Part shown: positions 45,404-56,038 of the stretch, piece after piece
Layout of the letters: every line of letters begins with the position of its first letter
How positions within the stretch are numbered: the stretch's first letter is position 1
Origin: Eledone cirrhosa
Taxonomy: Eukaryota
Length of the DNA stretch: 64,000 bases
NCBI GenBank assembly: GCA_964016885.1
Contig: OZ024744.1
Coordinates: 7,750,001 to 7,814,000, forward strand
Reading direction: 5' to 3'
The notes under the pieces: model-generated
Databases searched by the model: none
Told to the model about the DNA's origin: nothing
What the model saw: only the letters and a program-made list of their open reading frames with translations
Program-made: the position numbers and the translations under genes

Positions 45404-46207
45404 TGTAAACAAAGCTGTTTACAATCTCATCAGCAAAGGAAAAGATCACATTCGTGTTATAAATACCTCACTGAGTCTCTTGCCCGGGCTAGATGTTTTA
45501 AGGAAGACAACAATTCGCCTATGCATGTATGTATTTCCTTTCCATAACATGATATGGATAAAACAGTATTGTAACAACTGATATTATTTTCAGTTCAGTA
45601 GACAGTGGCAAAGTGAAATAAATAGTCTTGCTCTAAGACAATAAGCCGCCCCGTCCAGAATTAATGTTCTAAGACAATAAGCCGTCCCGTCCCGTCCAGA
45701 ATCAAACTCACAACTTTACGATCAAAAGCCGAGTACCCTACCCAATAAACGATCGACGCCTTATGTTAAGCAATATTCTATTGAAATTTAACAAGAGATT
45801 TTCCAGCGCCCCATAAGCGCATTTGGTGGCAAATGTAGGAGTCTGAGCCAGAGCAAGATACAAAAGTGAAGGTGGGAGTAATTTCCCGATTGACACAAAA
45901 TCCCACAGAAGTGCATCCCACCAAGTTCCAACAGACATTGAACATTTCATTGCGAAATGATTTAATTATCGATAAAATGTGATCTATTCAACAGAAATTA
46001 TCAATTATTTCCTAAGGGAATGTCTATAAGATCATTAAAAAACTGGTCAAGTGCCATGTTCTACACACAGCACACTTCATGCATTTGTTTTACTGTGAAA
46101 ATCATGACGATTGCTTTTTTATCTGCCAAAACGGAAATTATACTGAGATTCAGAAAGGAAATAAGCAATAAGGGAATTTTTAATTGAAGATTATGAAGTA
46201 AGAATAC

Positions 46208-46851
46208 TTGCCACAATACTTGCCAATAGCTCACAATAGATCAATATCTATGTATGTTGCCACAATACTTGCCATTAGCTCACAATAGATCAATATCTAT
46301 GTATGTTGCCACAATACTTGCCAATAGCTCACAATAGATCAATATCTATGTATGTTGCCACAATACTTGCCAATAGCTCACAATAGATCAATATCTATGT
46401 ATGTTGCCACAATACTTGCCAATAGCTCACAATAGATCAATATCTATGTATGTTGCCACAATACTTGCCAATAGCTCACAATAGATCAATATCTATGTAT
46501 GTTGCCACAATACTTGCCAATAGCTCACAATAGATCAATATCTATGTATGTCGCCACAATACTTGCCATTAGCTCACAATAGATCAATATCTATGTATGT
46601 TGCCACAATACTTGCCAATAGCTCACAATAGATCAATATCTATGTATGTTGCCACAATACTTGCCAATAGCTCACAATAGATCAATATCTATGTATGTTG
46701 CCACAATACTTGCCAATAGCTCACAATAGATCAATATCTATGTATGTTGCCACAATACTTGCCATTAGCTCACAATAGATCAATATCTATGTATGTTGCC
46801 ACAATACTTGCCAATAGCTCACAATAGATCAATATCTATGTATGTTGCCAC
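46208..46851. repeat. 49-bp tandem repeat, ~13 copies
   Basis: TTGCCACAATACTTGCCAATAGCTCACAATAGATCAATATCTATGTATG head-to-tail without spacers. Confidence 0.97.
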
Positions 46852-46899
46852 TCTTTAGTTTGACCTTCAGATATAGTATTTTTCTGACCGTAACGTAAA

Positions 46900-47265
46900 T
46901 GACCATCTTCCTGTTCCGCGGTGGAAAACCCCTCGTCTGGGATGCCACTTGCACCAACACTTTCTGCAGCCGCAACCTAGTGCAGTCTGCGACTAACCCA
47001 GGTACTGCTGGACTTTGGGCTAAGAAGGGTAAACTCTCCAAGTACCGGTCGCTCTCCGACAGGTTCGCGGTTGTACCCTTGGCAGTGGAGATTTCTTGTG
47101 TCCTTGGCCCTAGGGCTACCTCTCTATTCACCACCATAGGCGCTGAGAGTTGGAATGACTCTTCCAGCGCATCTTCCTTACCATCCTCCGGGGAAACGCT
47201 TTCTCCACCCTGTCAGCCGGTAATGTGGGGAGGCCAGCACGTGGGACCCCATTTGCTCACCATAC
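46900..47265 (+). mobile_element. CRE-like LINE 3' fragment
   Basis: FRGGKPLVWDATCTNTF..KLSKYRSLSDRFAVVPLAVE. Confidence 0.8.
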
Positions 47266-47569
47266 GGATTAATAGGAAAAGTTATAAACTATTGTAAATA
47301 AACCTATTTAATTCAAATTTAAAAAAAAAAAAATTGCTACAACTAAAAATACGATCTTGTTGTTTATAGAGTGAAATAGAGAGTGATGAACTTAATTAGA
47401 TTTAGAATATATATAATTATCAAAACAAGAAGCCAGTTAATCAATTCAAATAGGTGGCGATATGATTGGATGGTTAACATATCCGTTTCTCAAATACAAT
47501 CTTCTCTCAAAAGATGCTTCGAAAAGTGTCTTCAACACCTCGTTCTGTTTATGTCTGTGTATAAAATAC

Positions 47570-47785
47570 CTGACTGAAGACACACGTGTTTTCTCAATCT
47601 TTACCATTCCTTCCTCTTCTCATTCTATCTTTTTATTTCATCTTTCATTTCGCATTCTATTTCCTGATAAAGGACCAGTGTCAGAAAGGTTAAGACTCTT
47701 TTCCTGCTATTTGAAGTGTTAAACTAATATATTTCTTCATTGTACTGTGTTGTTTGCTTTGTTATTTCTGTTTACTTTTTATACA
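47570..47785 (+). mobile_element. Diverged PLE tail with HHR remnant
   Basis: CTGATAAAGGACCAGTGTCAGAAAGGTTAAGACTCTTTTCCTGCTAT resembles the 34690 family. Confidence 0.6.
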
Positions 47786-47821
47786 AACACACACACACAC
47801 GCGCGCATACACACACACACA

Positions 47822-47890
<69 letters not shown>

Positions 47891-47894
<4 letters not shown>

Positions 47895-48459
47895 GGAAAA
47901 AAGGAAATTTCATTTCCCACTCTTAGTACGGCTGTTACTTAAATATAAGTATGTATACGTACATACATATATGTATACAGACGTACAGTAGTATGTATAT
48001 ATATACATACATGCACACATATATATATGTACGTATAAGTTTACCAAATATTTATTAGGATGTTTGGTTTGTTTGTAAAAAAACAGCCCGAATTAAGCCG
48101 TACAATGCTCGGCAACCATCGTTGCCCTTTTGTTCAACACTGACACAGGAACGATGTACTAGTTCCTAGCTTATTAGCTGTCATCAGCACCGTATACCTT
48201 CCTGTCAATCGATTGAACGTTTGAAAGTATATACTTTCCTTATACATATTAACGGCTGAGCAGCCTAATTTGCATATCGAGTGAGTTAGTCGGCCGGGCG
48301 CACCGAAAACGATAAATGGAAGAAATGATATTTCATTTCTCACTCTTAGTACGACTGATACTTAAATATAAGTATGTATACGTACATACATATATGTATA
48401 CAGACGTACAGTAGTATGTATATACATACATACATGCACACATATATATATATATGTAC

Positions 48460-48462
<3 letters not shown>
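47891..48462 (-). mobile_element. ~1.3 tandem copies of the ~423-nt HHR monomer
   Basis: 47891-48035 repeats at 48314-48462; HHR at ~48153-48191 (CTGATGA..GGAA-CTAG-TA, one core change). Confidence 0.8.
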
Positions 48463-48525
<63 letters not shown>

Positions 48526-48616
48526 GTACATATATATATATATAAAGAAAAAGGGATGAAATCGACAATGCAACCGAAGTCTTATTTTTTTTTAAAATAT
48601 ATATATTTATTTGGTT

Positions 48617-48654
48617 CCTTTACCGGTTTCGCAGTTCTTCTGCTTTTCAAAAGG
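48617..48654 (-). ncRNA. Variant hammerhead (U3-A8 core)
   Basis: CCTT-TTGAAAA-GCAG-AAGAA-CTGC-GAAA-CCGG-TA-AAGG. Confidence 0.75.
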
Positions 48655-49153
48655 TGAGTTGAGATGGAGGGTCTGTGGTTTTTCTCACATCTGGTTGGTC
48701 TCTAAATGTTACTTGTTTTATATGGAAAAAGTGGCTCGAAAACCAGGTTTTTCGAGAAGTAATTTGATTGGTTTGTCAATAATTATAATAAATTTCGCAC
48801 CAGTTCGCGTTACAATAGTTCTTCAAATAAGAGAGGGGGGGGGGTTGTCACAGGTTGTTTTTTCATATATGAGTGTTTGAATTTCTTTTTACTTGAAAAA
48901 ATGAGGCTCACGAAGGCTTTTTTTTGGTTGGTTATAAATGAAATTTGGCTGTCACGTGAACAAGTTTTCATTACATTTTTGCGCCCTTATTTGGAAAACT
49001 ATTCTGTAGTCTTTATAGTGAATGTTATGACAATGGAGAGATAGTGGTCAAGGGAAAAGGGATTGGGAGAAATGTTCTGGTTCAGTGAATATGGCCAGCT
49101 GTCAGAGTTCAGATTTTCTATTGAGACTGAAGATATGTGTTTATTTGTGTGCT

Positions 49154-49188
<35 letters not shown>

Positions 49189-49679
49189 ATGTGTGTATTG
49201 GAAGATGATTCTATTAGTAGAGATGGGGGAGGGAGTTGTGTGTGTGTGTATATGGGTGTTATGTGTGTGTGTGCGAGTATGTTAGATAGAGAGAATAAAT
49301 ATTTTGTGTGTGTGTATATATATATGTGTAGGAAAGTGGTTCTATTAGTAGAAATGGGGAGGGTGTTGTAGGTGTGGGGGTTGTTATGTGTGTGTATGGG
49401 TGTTATGTGTGTGGGAGTATGGTTAGCATGTTAAGATGAAGAGAATATATATATATATATATATATTGTGTGTGTGTGTATGTGTGTGTGTAGGAAAATG
49501 ATTCCTTTAGTAGGAATATTTTTGAATGAACATATTTTCCTTACTTTTTCGTGTTTGCTGTTGTATTGCCAGTGCAAACGTATGTTAAGGTTTATTTAGT
49601 TCGGGTTTTTATTTTCTAAAGTAGAAGGTGTTATGTGTGTGTGTGTGTATGTCATATTGTGGTGTTGACATAATGTATA

Positions 49680-50987
49680 TTAAACCTTATTTAATGTTGG
49701 TCTATATTTTTGAATAAACATATTTTCCTTATTTATTCGCATTTGTTCTGTTGTATTGTTAGCGCAAAGGTAAAATGGGAAGACTTGGAATTTGGGTGTC
49801 TTATTACTTGCGCAAATGTCTAGATGTGCACTCTGTCTCGTGGTTGGATTTCGTAATTGTTGGCGATGAACTGTCATTCTGTTTCTGAGTGTGAGTTTAG
49901 TTTGTCCTATATAATCTTCATTGCATCCTTTACATTTAATGGCATAAATTAGATTTTTTGATGAGCAAGTGAAGTGATTTTTTACAGTAAAATTTTGTCC
50001 TGATTTAAATGTATACGTGTTGCCTTCAATGAGGTGAGTGCAGATTCCACAATTAGAGCGACCACATTTTTTGATACTTGGTTGTGGGTTTGTGGTAGGT
50101 AATTTGGCATTGGTGAGTAATGTTTTCAGTGATTTTGGTTGTCTTTTGCTTTTGATTATTTTGTGTGTTTCAAGGGCTTTTTTCATTCTTGGATTTTGTT
50201 TTAGTAGTGGGATGTTATTGTGAATAGTGTTGTAAGCTTCCGCATTTCTTGGGTTGTGTGTTGAGATATATGATAGAATATTGGACGTACCTTGAATTTG
50301 TTTCTGTTTCCGTAATTCATCAATGCCTATTGCTTTAGCCCTTTCTATTCCATTATTTATTAGTAATAGTGGGTACTCTCTCTCAAGTAGAATTTCCTTT
50401 AATTCTTGAAGTCTTTTATTTCGCGTTTCATAATTGGAGACAATTGTGCAAATTCTTCTTGCTAGGTTAAAAGGAATGCTCGTCTTCGTGTGCTTTGGAT
50501 GGTTGGAGGTGAATAGCAGATATTGTTTGGAATCTGTTGGTTTGTAGTGTATGTCAGTTTCGATATTTGTGTCTTTTTTTGTGATTAAGATGTCCAGAAA
50601 TGGGAGTTGATCTTGGCTGTATTCCATTGTGAATTGGATGTGGTTATTGATGCCGTTTATTAAGTTTTTGAAATCCTTCAGTTGGTCGAGTGTGTGGGAC
50701 CAAAGAATGAGGCAATCATCCAAGTAGCGTTTCCAATTCTCTGATAAATATTTGTGGAAGTTCAATCCGTATTTTGATTTGGACTGTTCATATATCTGGA
50801 CTTCTAAGTATGCCATGACTAAGTTGGCATGAGTTGGAGCGGCTTTTGTGCCCATCGCAGTCCCCGATATTTGCTTGTAAGTATTGCCATCGAAATCAAA
50901 AAAGTTGTTCTGTAGGATGAATTTTAATCCCTCGCTGATGAAGCTTTTTTCTATTCTGTCAGGTATCTCATTGGGATATTTCTCTAG
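49680..50987 (-). CDS. PLE RT (C-terminal half) + GIY-YIG endonuclease, open frame, 5'-truncated
   Basis: NNFFDFDG..YKQISGTAMGTKAAP, RYLDD, LPFLD, YKPTDSKQYL, CGRSNCGIC, NLIYAIKC..YIGQT, PTLN; no stops. Confidence 0.9.
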   Translation of the reverse strand, partial: LEKYPNEIPDRIEKSFISEGLKFILQNNFFDFDGNTYKQISGTAMGTKAAPTHANLVMAYLEVQIYEQSKSKYGLNFHKYLSENWKRYLDDCLILWSHTLDQLKDFKNLINGINNHIQFTMEYSQDQLPFLDILITKKDTNIETDIHYKPTDSKQYLLFTSNHPKHTKTSIPFNLARRICTIVSNYETRNKRLQELKEILLEREYPLLLINNGIERAKAIGIDELRKQKQIQGTSNILSYISTHNPRNAEAYNTIHNNIPLLKQNPRMKKALETHKIIKSKRQPKSLKTLLTNAKLPTTNPQPSIKKCGRSNCGICTHLIEGNTYTFKSGQNFTVKNHFTCSSKNLIYAIKCKGCNEDYIGQTKLTLRNRMTVHRQQLRNPTTRQSAHLDICASNKTPKFQVFPFYLCANNTTEQMRINKENMFIQKYRPTLNKV

Positions 50988-51310
50988 CTCCTACTAAAGG
51001 AATCATTTTCCTACACACACACATACACACACAATATATATATATATATATATTCTCTTCATCTTAACATGCTAACCATACTCCCACACACATAACACCC
51101 ATACACACACATAACAACCCCCACACCTACAACACCTTCCCCATTTCTACTAATAGAACCACTTTCCTACACACACATATATATACACACACACAAAATA
51201 TATATTCTCTCTATCTAACATACTCGCACACACACACATAACACCCATATACACACACACACAACTCCCTCCCCATCTCTACTAATAGAATCATCTTCCA
51301 ATACACACAT

Positions 51311-51343
<33 letters not shown>

Positions 51344-51844
51344 AGCACACAAATAAACACATATCTTCAGTCTCAATAGAAAATCTGAACTCTGACAGCT
51401 GGCCATATTCACTGAACCAGAACATTTCTCCCAATCCCTTTTCCCTTGACCACTATCTCTCCATTGTCATAACATTCACTATAAAGACTACAGAATAGTT
51501 TTCCAAATAAGGGCGCAAAAATGTAATGAAAACTTGTTCACGTGACAGCCAAATTTCATTTATAACCAACCAAAAAAAAGCCTTCGTGAGCCTCATTTTT
51601 TCAAGTAAAAAGAAATTCAAACACTCATATATGAAAAAACAACCTGTGACAAACCCCACCCCCCTCTCTTATTTGAAGAACTATTGTAACGCGAACTGGC
51701 GCGAAATTTATTATAATTATTGACAAACCAATCAAATTACTTCTCGAAAAACCTGGTTTTCGAGCCACTTTTTCCATATAAAACAAGTAACATTTAGAGA
51801 CCAACCAGATGTGAGAAAAACCACAGACCCTCCATCTCAACTCA

Positions 51845-51882
51845 CCTTTTGAAAAGCAGAAGAACTGCGAAACCAGTAAAGG
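51845..51882 (+). ncRNA. Variant hammerhead (U3-A8 core)
   Basis: Same motif; stem III CCAG rather than CCGG. Confidence 0.7.
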
Positions 51883-52641
51883 AACCAAATAAATATATAT
51901 ATTTTTTAAAAAAATAAGACTTCGGTTGCATTTTCAATTTCATCCCTTTTTCTTTATACTTCCACTCGTGTAGGACACCTCGGTTATTTTTCATTTTGTA
52001 AAAAAAACCTCACTTTCTAATATATATATATATATATATATTATTTAAAAAAAGCCTTCGTAAGCCACCTTTTTTTAAAGTAAAGAAATTCAAACACACA
52101 CACACACAACACACACACACACGCACACACACACACAAGCACACAAATAAACATACATATGTTTACTTTCTTTATTCAATAGAAAATCTGAATTCTGACA
52201 CCCCAACTAACCATATTCACTGAACCAGAACAATTCTCCCAATCCCTTTCTCTTGACCATTATCTTTCACTTATCATAAAATTCTCTAAAAAGGCTACAG
52301 AATGGATTTCCAAATAAGGGCACGAAAATTTTATGAAAACTTGTTCACGTGACAGCCATTTCATTTATAACCAACCAAAAAAAGCCTTCGTGAGCCCCTT
52401 TTTTCAAGTAAAAAGAAATTCAAACACTCATATATGAAAAAACAACCTGTGACCCCCCCCCCCCCTTGTTTGAAGAACTTTGTAACGCGAACTGGCACGA
52501 AATTTATTATAATTATTGACAAACCAATCAAATTACTTCTCGAAAAACCTGGCGTTTCGAGCCACTTTTTCCATATAAAACAAGTAACATTCAGAGACCA
52601 ACCAGATGTGAGAAAAACCACAGACCCTCCATCTCAACTCA

Positions 52642-52679
52642 CCTTTTGAAAAGCAGAAGAACTGCGAAACCGGTAAAGG
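52642..52679 (+). ncRNA. Variant hammerhead (U3-A8 core)
   Basis: CCTT-TTGAAAA-GCAG-AAGAA-CTGC-GAAA-CCGG-TA-AAGG. Confidence 0.75.
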
Positions 52680-52812
52680 AACCAAATAAATATATATATA
52701 TATTTTTTTTAAATAAGACTCCAGTTGCATTTTCGATTTCATCTCTTTTTCTTTATACTTTCACTCGTGTAGGACACCTCGGTTATTTCTCATTTTGTAA
52801 AAAAAACCTCAC

Positions 52813-52852
<40 letters not shown>

Positions 52853-52944
52853 TAGCAGTATATCCCGTCGTTGCACGGGTAAGAACATTGGTAATAACAC
52901 CTCCAATGAGAAACGTTTATTTGTGAGTGCCTGTTAAAAACTCA

Positions 52945-53175
52945 CGAACTAGACATGCTCACCGACATCCAGAGTCGACACTGCACTCAGTGCTCCTGTG
53001 AGAACCCCTACATGAACACACTGGAAGAGGAAGACCAAAGTTAACATATGTTGATACCCTATGGACAGACACTGGTCTGTTGGAGACGCAGGACATGGCA
53101 GTGATAATGAGGGACAGAGACCGCTGGAGAGAACTCGTCCATGGATCTCGGGAATTTTACCCGCCCTATATAAAT
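52945..53175 (+). mobile_element. RTE-clade LINE 3' fragment
   Basis: Manual translation TGRGRPKLTYVDTLWTDTGLLETQDMAVIMRDRDRWRELV; terminus duplicated at 54063-54125. Confidence 0.7.
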
Positions 53176-53319
53176 AGATCGATAGATATATTTTTATGTG
53201 TATATTTATATATATGTATATGTGTATATGTGTTTGTATATTATGTATTTTGATACATATATATAACAGTGAAATTGTGTGTGTGTGCGTGCGTGTGCGT
53301 GTGTCCTCATTTTTGCACC

Positions 53320-54060
53320 ATCAAGGAAGCACCAGAGATGTCGCAGCCTTAGCGCGTGTTTGGGCATCATCAGCCACGGCATGCCCAGCCCTCCACGCAA
53401 CTGGTTTTGACAGCAGATGGATCGTCTGACCTTGGGAGCACGTGCCTTTCATAAAAAGCGGAAGAGGTGGCGCTCCATTTTTGTCATAGTTGGGCGGGAG
53501 AGAGGCACAATGCTTAGGCGGTAGCAGATGACGGATGCGATTAACGCATTCGCCACCTCTGCCCGACCTTTCAGAGAGATCTTCCTCTCGGCCCATTTCT
53601 GGGTGAGAGAGGCCACCCTGTGCATCACTTTGCTCCAGTTTTTCTCCATCTGGAGGTCCGGACCGAACTAGACCCTGAGCAATTTAACCGGTCCTTCCGT
53701 CCACCGCCCCACGACGCTGTCGGGCGGCATGGACTTGCGTCTCCAGGTGCCGAGCTGCAGGCCCACCGACTTTTCCTGGTTTAACTTTGCTCCTGTCACT
53801 GCTTCATATTCCGTGAGAGTGGTGCCGAGCATCTGGACATGTCCGGCGCTTGACCGGGCCCTCTCTGAGTATGCGCCTATAGACTGAGAAGTGGGAAACT
53901 GAGAGAGGGCGCTTGCCATGGTGGTCAGGATGGCCGTGATCTTTTGTGTGGTTTTCGCCACGAGTGTCCCTCGGAAGTTTCTCCCCTATTGGGGAATTTT
54001 TGTTGTTTGAATTTTTTGATATTTCTATCTTGTTAAAACCTTTTTTACACGGCCAAAACT
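53320..54060. mobile_element. L1/Tx1 fragment with 5' inversion
   Basis: 53320-53850 is ORF2 on minus (YEAVTGAKLNQEKSVGL, WAERKISLKGR); 53852-54060 is the 3' UTR on plus. Confidence 0.85.
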
Positions 54061-54186
54061 GACGCTGGAGAGAACTCGTCCATGGACCTCGGGAAATTTA
54101 CCCGCCCTAGATAGAAAGATAGATATATTTTATGTGTATATTTATATATATGTATATGTGTATATACATGTGTGTATATATGTTTG

Positions 54187-54255
<69 letters not shown>

Positions 54256-55620
54256 GTGTGTGTGTGTGTGTGTGGCGAAGATAATACGTCAGCAATGACG
54301 TCTTTTTCCTAATGTCGTTATACAGACAGATATTATAAGGGCGCGATGGAGATGGATAACCGGCGCCTAACACCCCTTAAACAACAGAAAATTGAAAAAT
54401 AAAAGCTGCCGTTAATATCTTTAGACCGCAAGGAATATATAAATGCAAGTTTAACGTCAATCGGAGTAGAAATGTGGATTTGTATAGACTTTGCAAAAAT
54501 TAGGACACACACAGACAACTACAGTTTTATATATATGTATATTTATATATCAAAATAAATATCCGAAGGCATGGTATAAATTTCCAATCATTTTAATCAC
54601 GACATATTTTTCAATAAGAGATGGATCGATCGTGTATCCATGATCGGTTATCACTTATCTCGTCAATTGAAAATGAATTGTCTTCAAATCCTTGATATGA
54701 GGGAGAAAATTAACGGTGTTCACTCACAGAGTTTAGTCCCTCATATGAAGATCAAACAGTCAGAACACGGCGACTGCTATCGTCCTCAGTTAGGGTCATA
54801 AAATTATCAAGTCTCCCAATAGCTGTAAAAGACGCTGGACATCAATCAAATCTGTAGAGTTACAGTCGGTCACAGTTAATGTGAGTGGGTACACACACAC
54901 TCACACATACATGACGCTAGGTCAAAGAAAAAATATATACATATATACCAACACAGCATCAAACCTGTAGAACTATAGACGGTCTCAGTTAGTGTGAGTG
55001 AGTACACACACACTCACACACACAAACACGAGGTTAAAGAAAAAATAAAAATACAAATATAGCAACATAGTATTCAGCGAAAGTTAGGTTACAAAACAAC
55101 AAATGTTATATTGGTCAGATTTCAATTTGACGATGTAAATTGGAAAAATTGGGTCAACCGCAACCCTATACACACGCAGTAACTTTACTTCAATGTTCTG
55201 CTATACGTGTATCGATTGAATTTTAACATCCGTATCTCCAAATAGTGTATGTTATGGTACATACATCCGTATCGTCCAAAAGAATTGGAAAAATTGGGTC
55301 AACCGCAACCCTATACACATGCAAGTAAGTATGTATGTGTTTCCGTGTTTGTGTGTGCGTAAATCTGTTTAAATATGCTGTGTTATTCAAGCCCGTAAAG
55401 ACGAAATACGTCTATACATGTCTAGTAAATGTAGCAATTCGATACACAGAAATCGATCAAATAAGTAGCACACTAAGACCTTAGGTCGGTATAACTTGTT
55501 GACTAAATCCTTAAGTATGGTTCTGTCATGACTGTAGCAGATTAAAAGAAACATGAATATTTATTTATTTATTACATCATTTTCACCATTTTAAAAATCA
55601 TATTTAAACGCCCCTCTCTC

Positions 55621-55668
<48 letters not shown>

Positions 55669-55726
55669 TTCTCTCTCTCTCTCACTCTCTCTCTCTTCTC
55701 TCTCTCACCCCCTCTCCCTCTCTCAC

Positions 55727-55761
<35 letters not shown>

Positions 55762-55914
55762 CCTAATAATAATTTACAAGAAGGGTCTATTACTTCAATA
55801 ACTATAGTTTTGAAGGAATATAAAATATATATAACATTAAACATACATGCTAACTTCCTATATTGTGAATGTTTTCTTCCTATGTCTGTCTAAATGATTT
55901 TTGTCTAACTTTTA

Positions 55915-55962
55915 TTAATTCCTTTTCTCTTTCCTTTTCTTTATTATTTGATATATTTCTAG
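55915..55962 (+). promoter_or_regulatory. Candidate splice acceptor
   Basis: CCTTTTCTCTTTCCTTTTCTTT..ATTTCTAG just before the ORF. Confidence 0.6.
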
Positions 55963-56038
55963 ATTGTTTGAGAGAACACCTCCACAACATAAATGATGCA
56001 TCTCGTTGGCCATCGTTAGAATTATTCCGGCCGCTATT

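Larger units (their letters stand above)
48544..52820 (-). mobile_element. Young 5'-truncated PLE with inverted and tandem pseudo-LTRs
   Basis: ORF on minus strand; 48544-49515 inverted at 50989-51958; further tail copy ~52040-52820; (TA)n at both ends. Confidence 0.93.
52852..54538 (-). mobile_element. Putative non-autonomous Helitron with internal LINE fragments
   Basis: Minus-strand 3' end CCCGTGCAACGACGGG hairpin + ATATACTG-CTAG-T; 5'-type end ..ATATATATAAAACTGTAGTTGTCTGTGTGTG near 54535. Confidence 0.6.

Noticed and set aside
46208-46851. CRISPR-like array
   Set aside because: No unique spacers, no cas genes, eukaryotic context.
51668-51716. Second hammerhead-like motif (TTGAAGA...GAAA) in the pLTR
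   Set aside because: Stem II not contiguous with the core; too weak to call.
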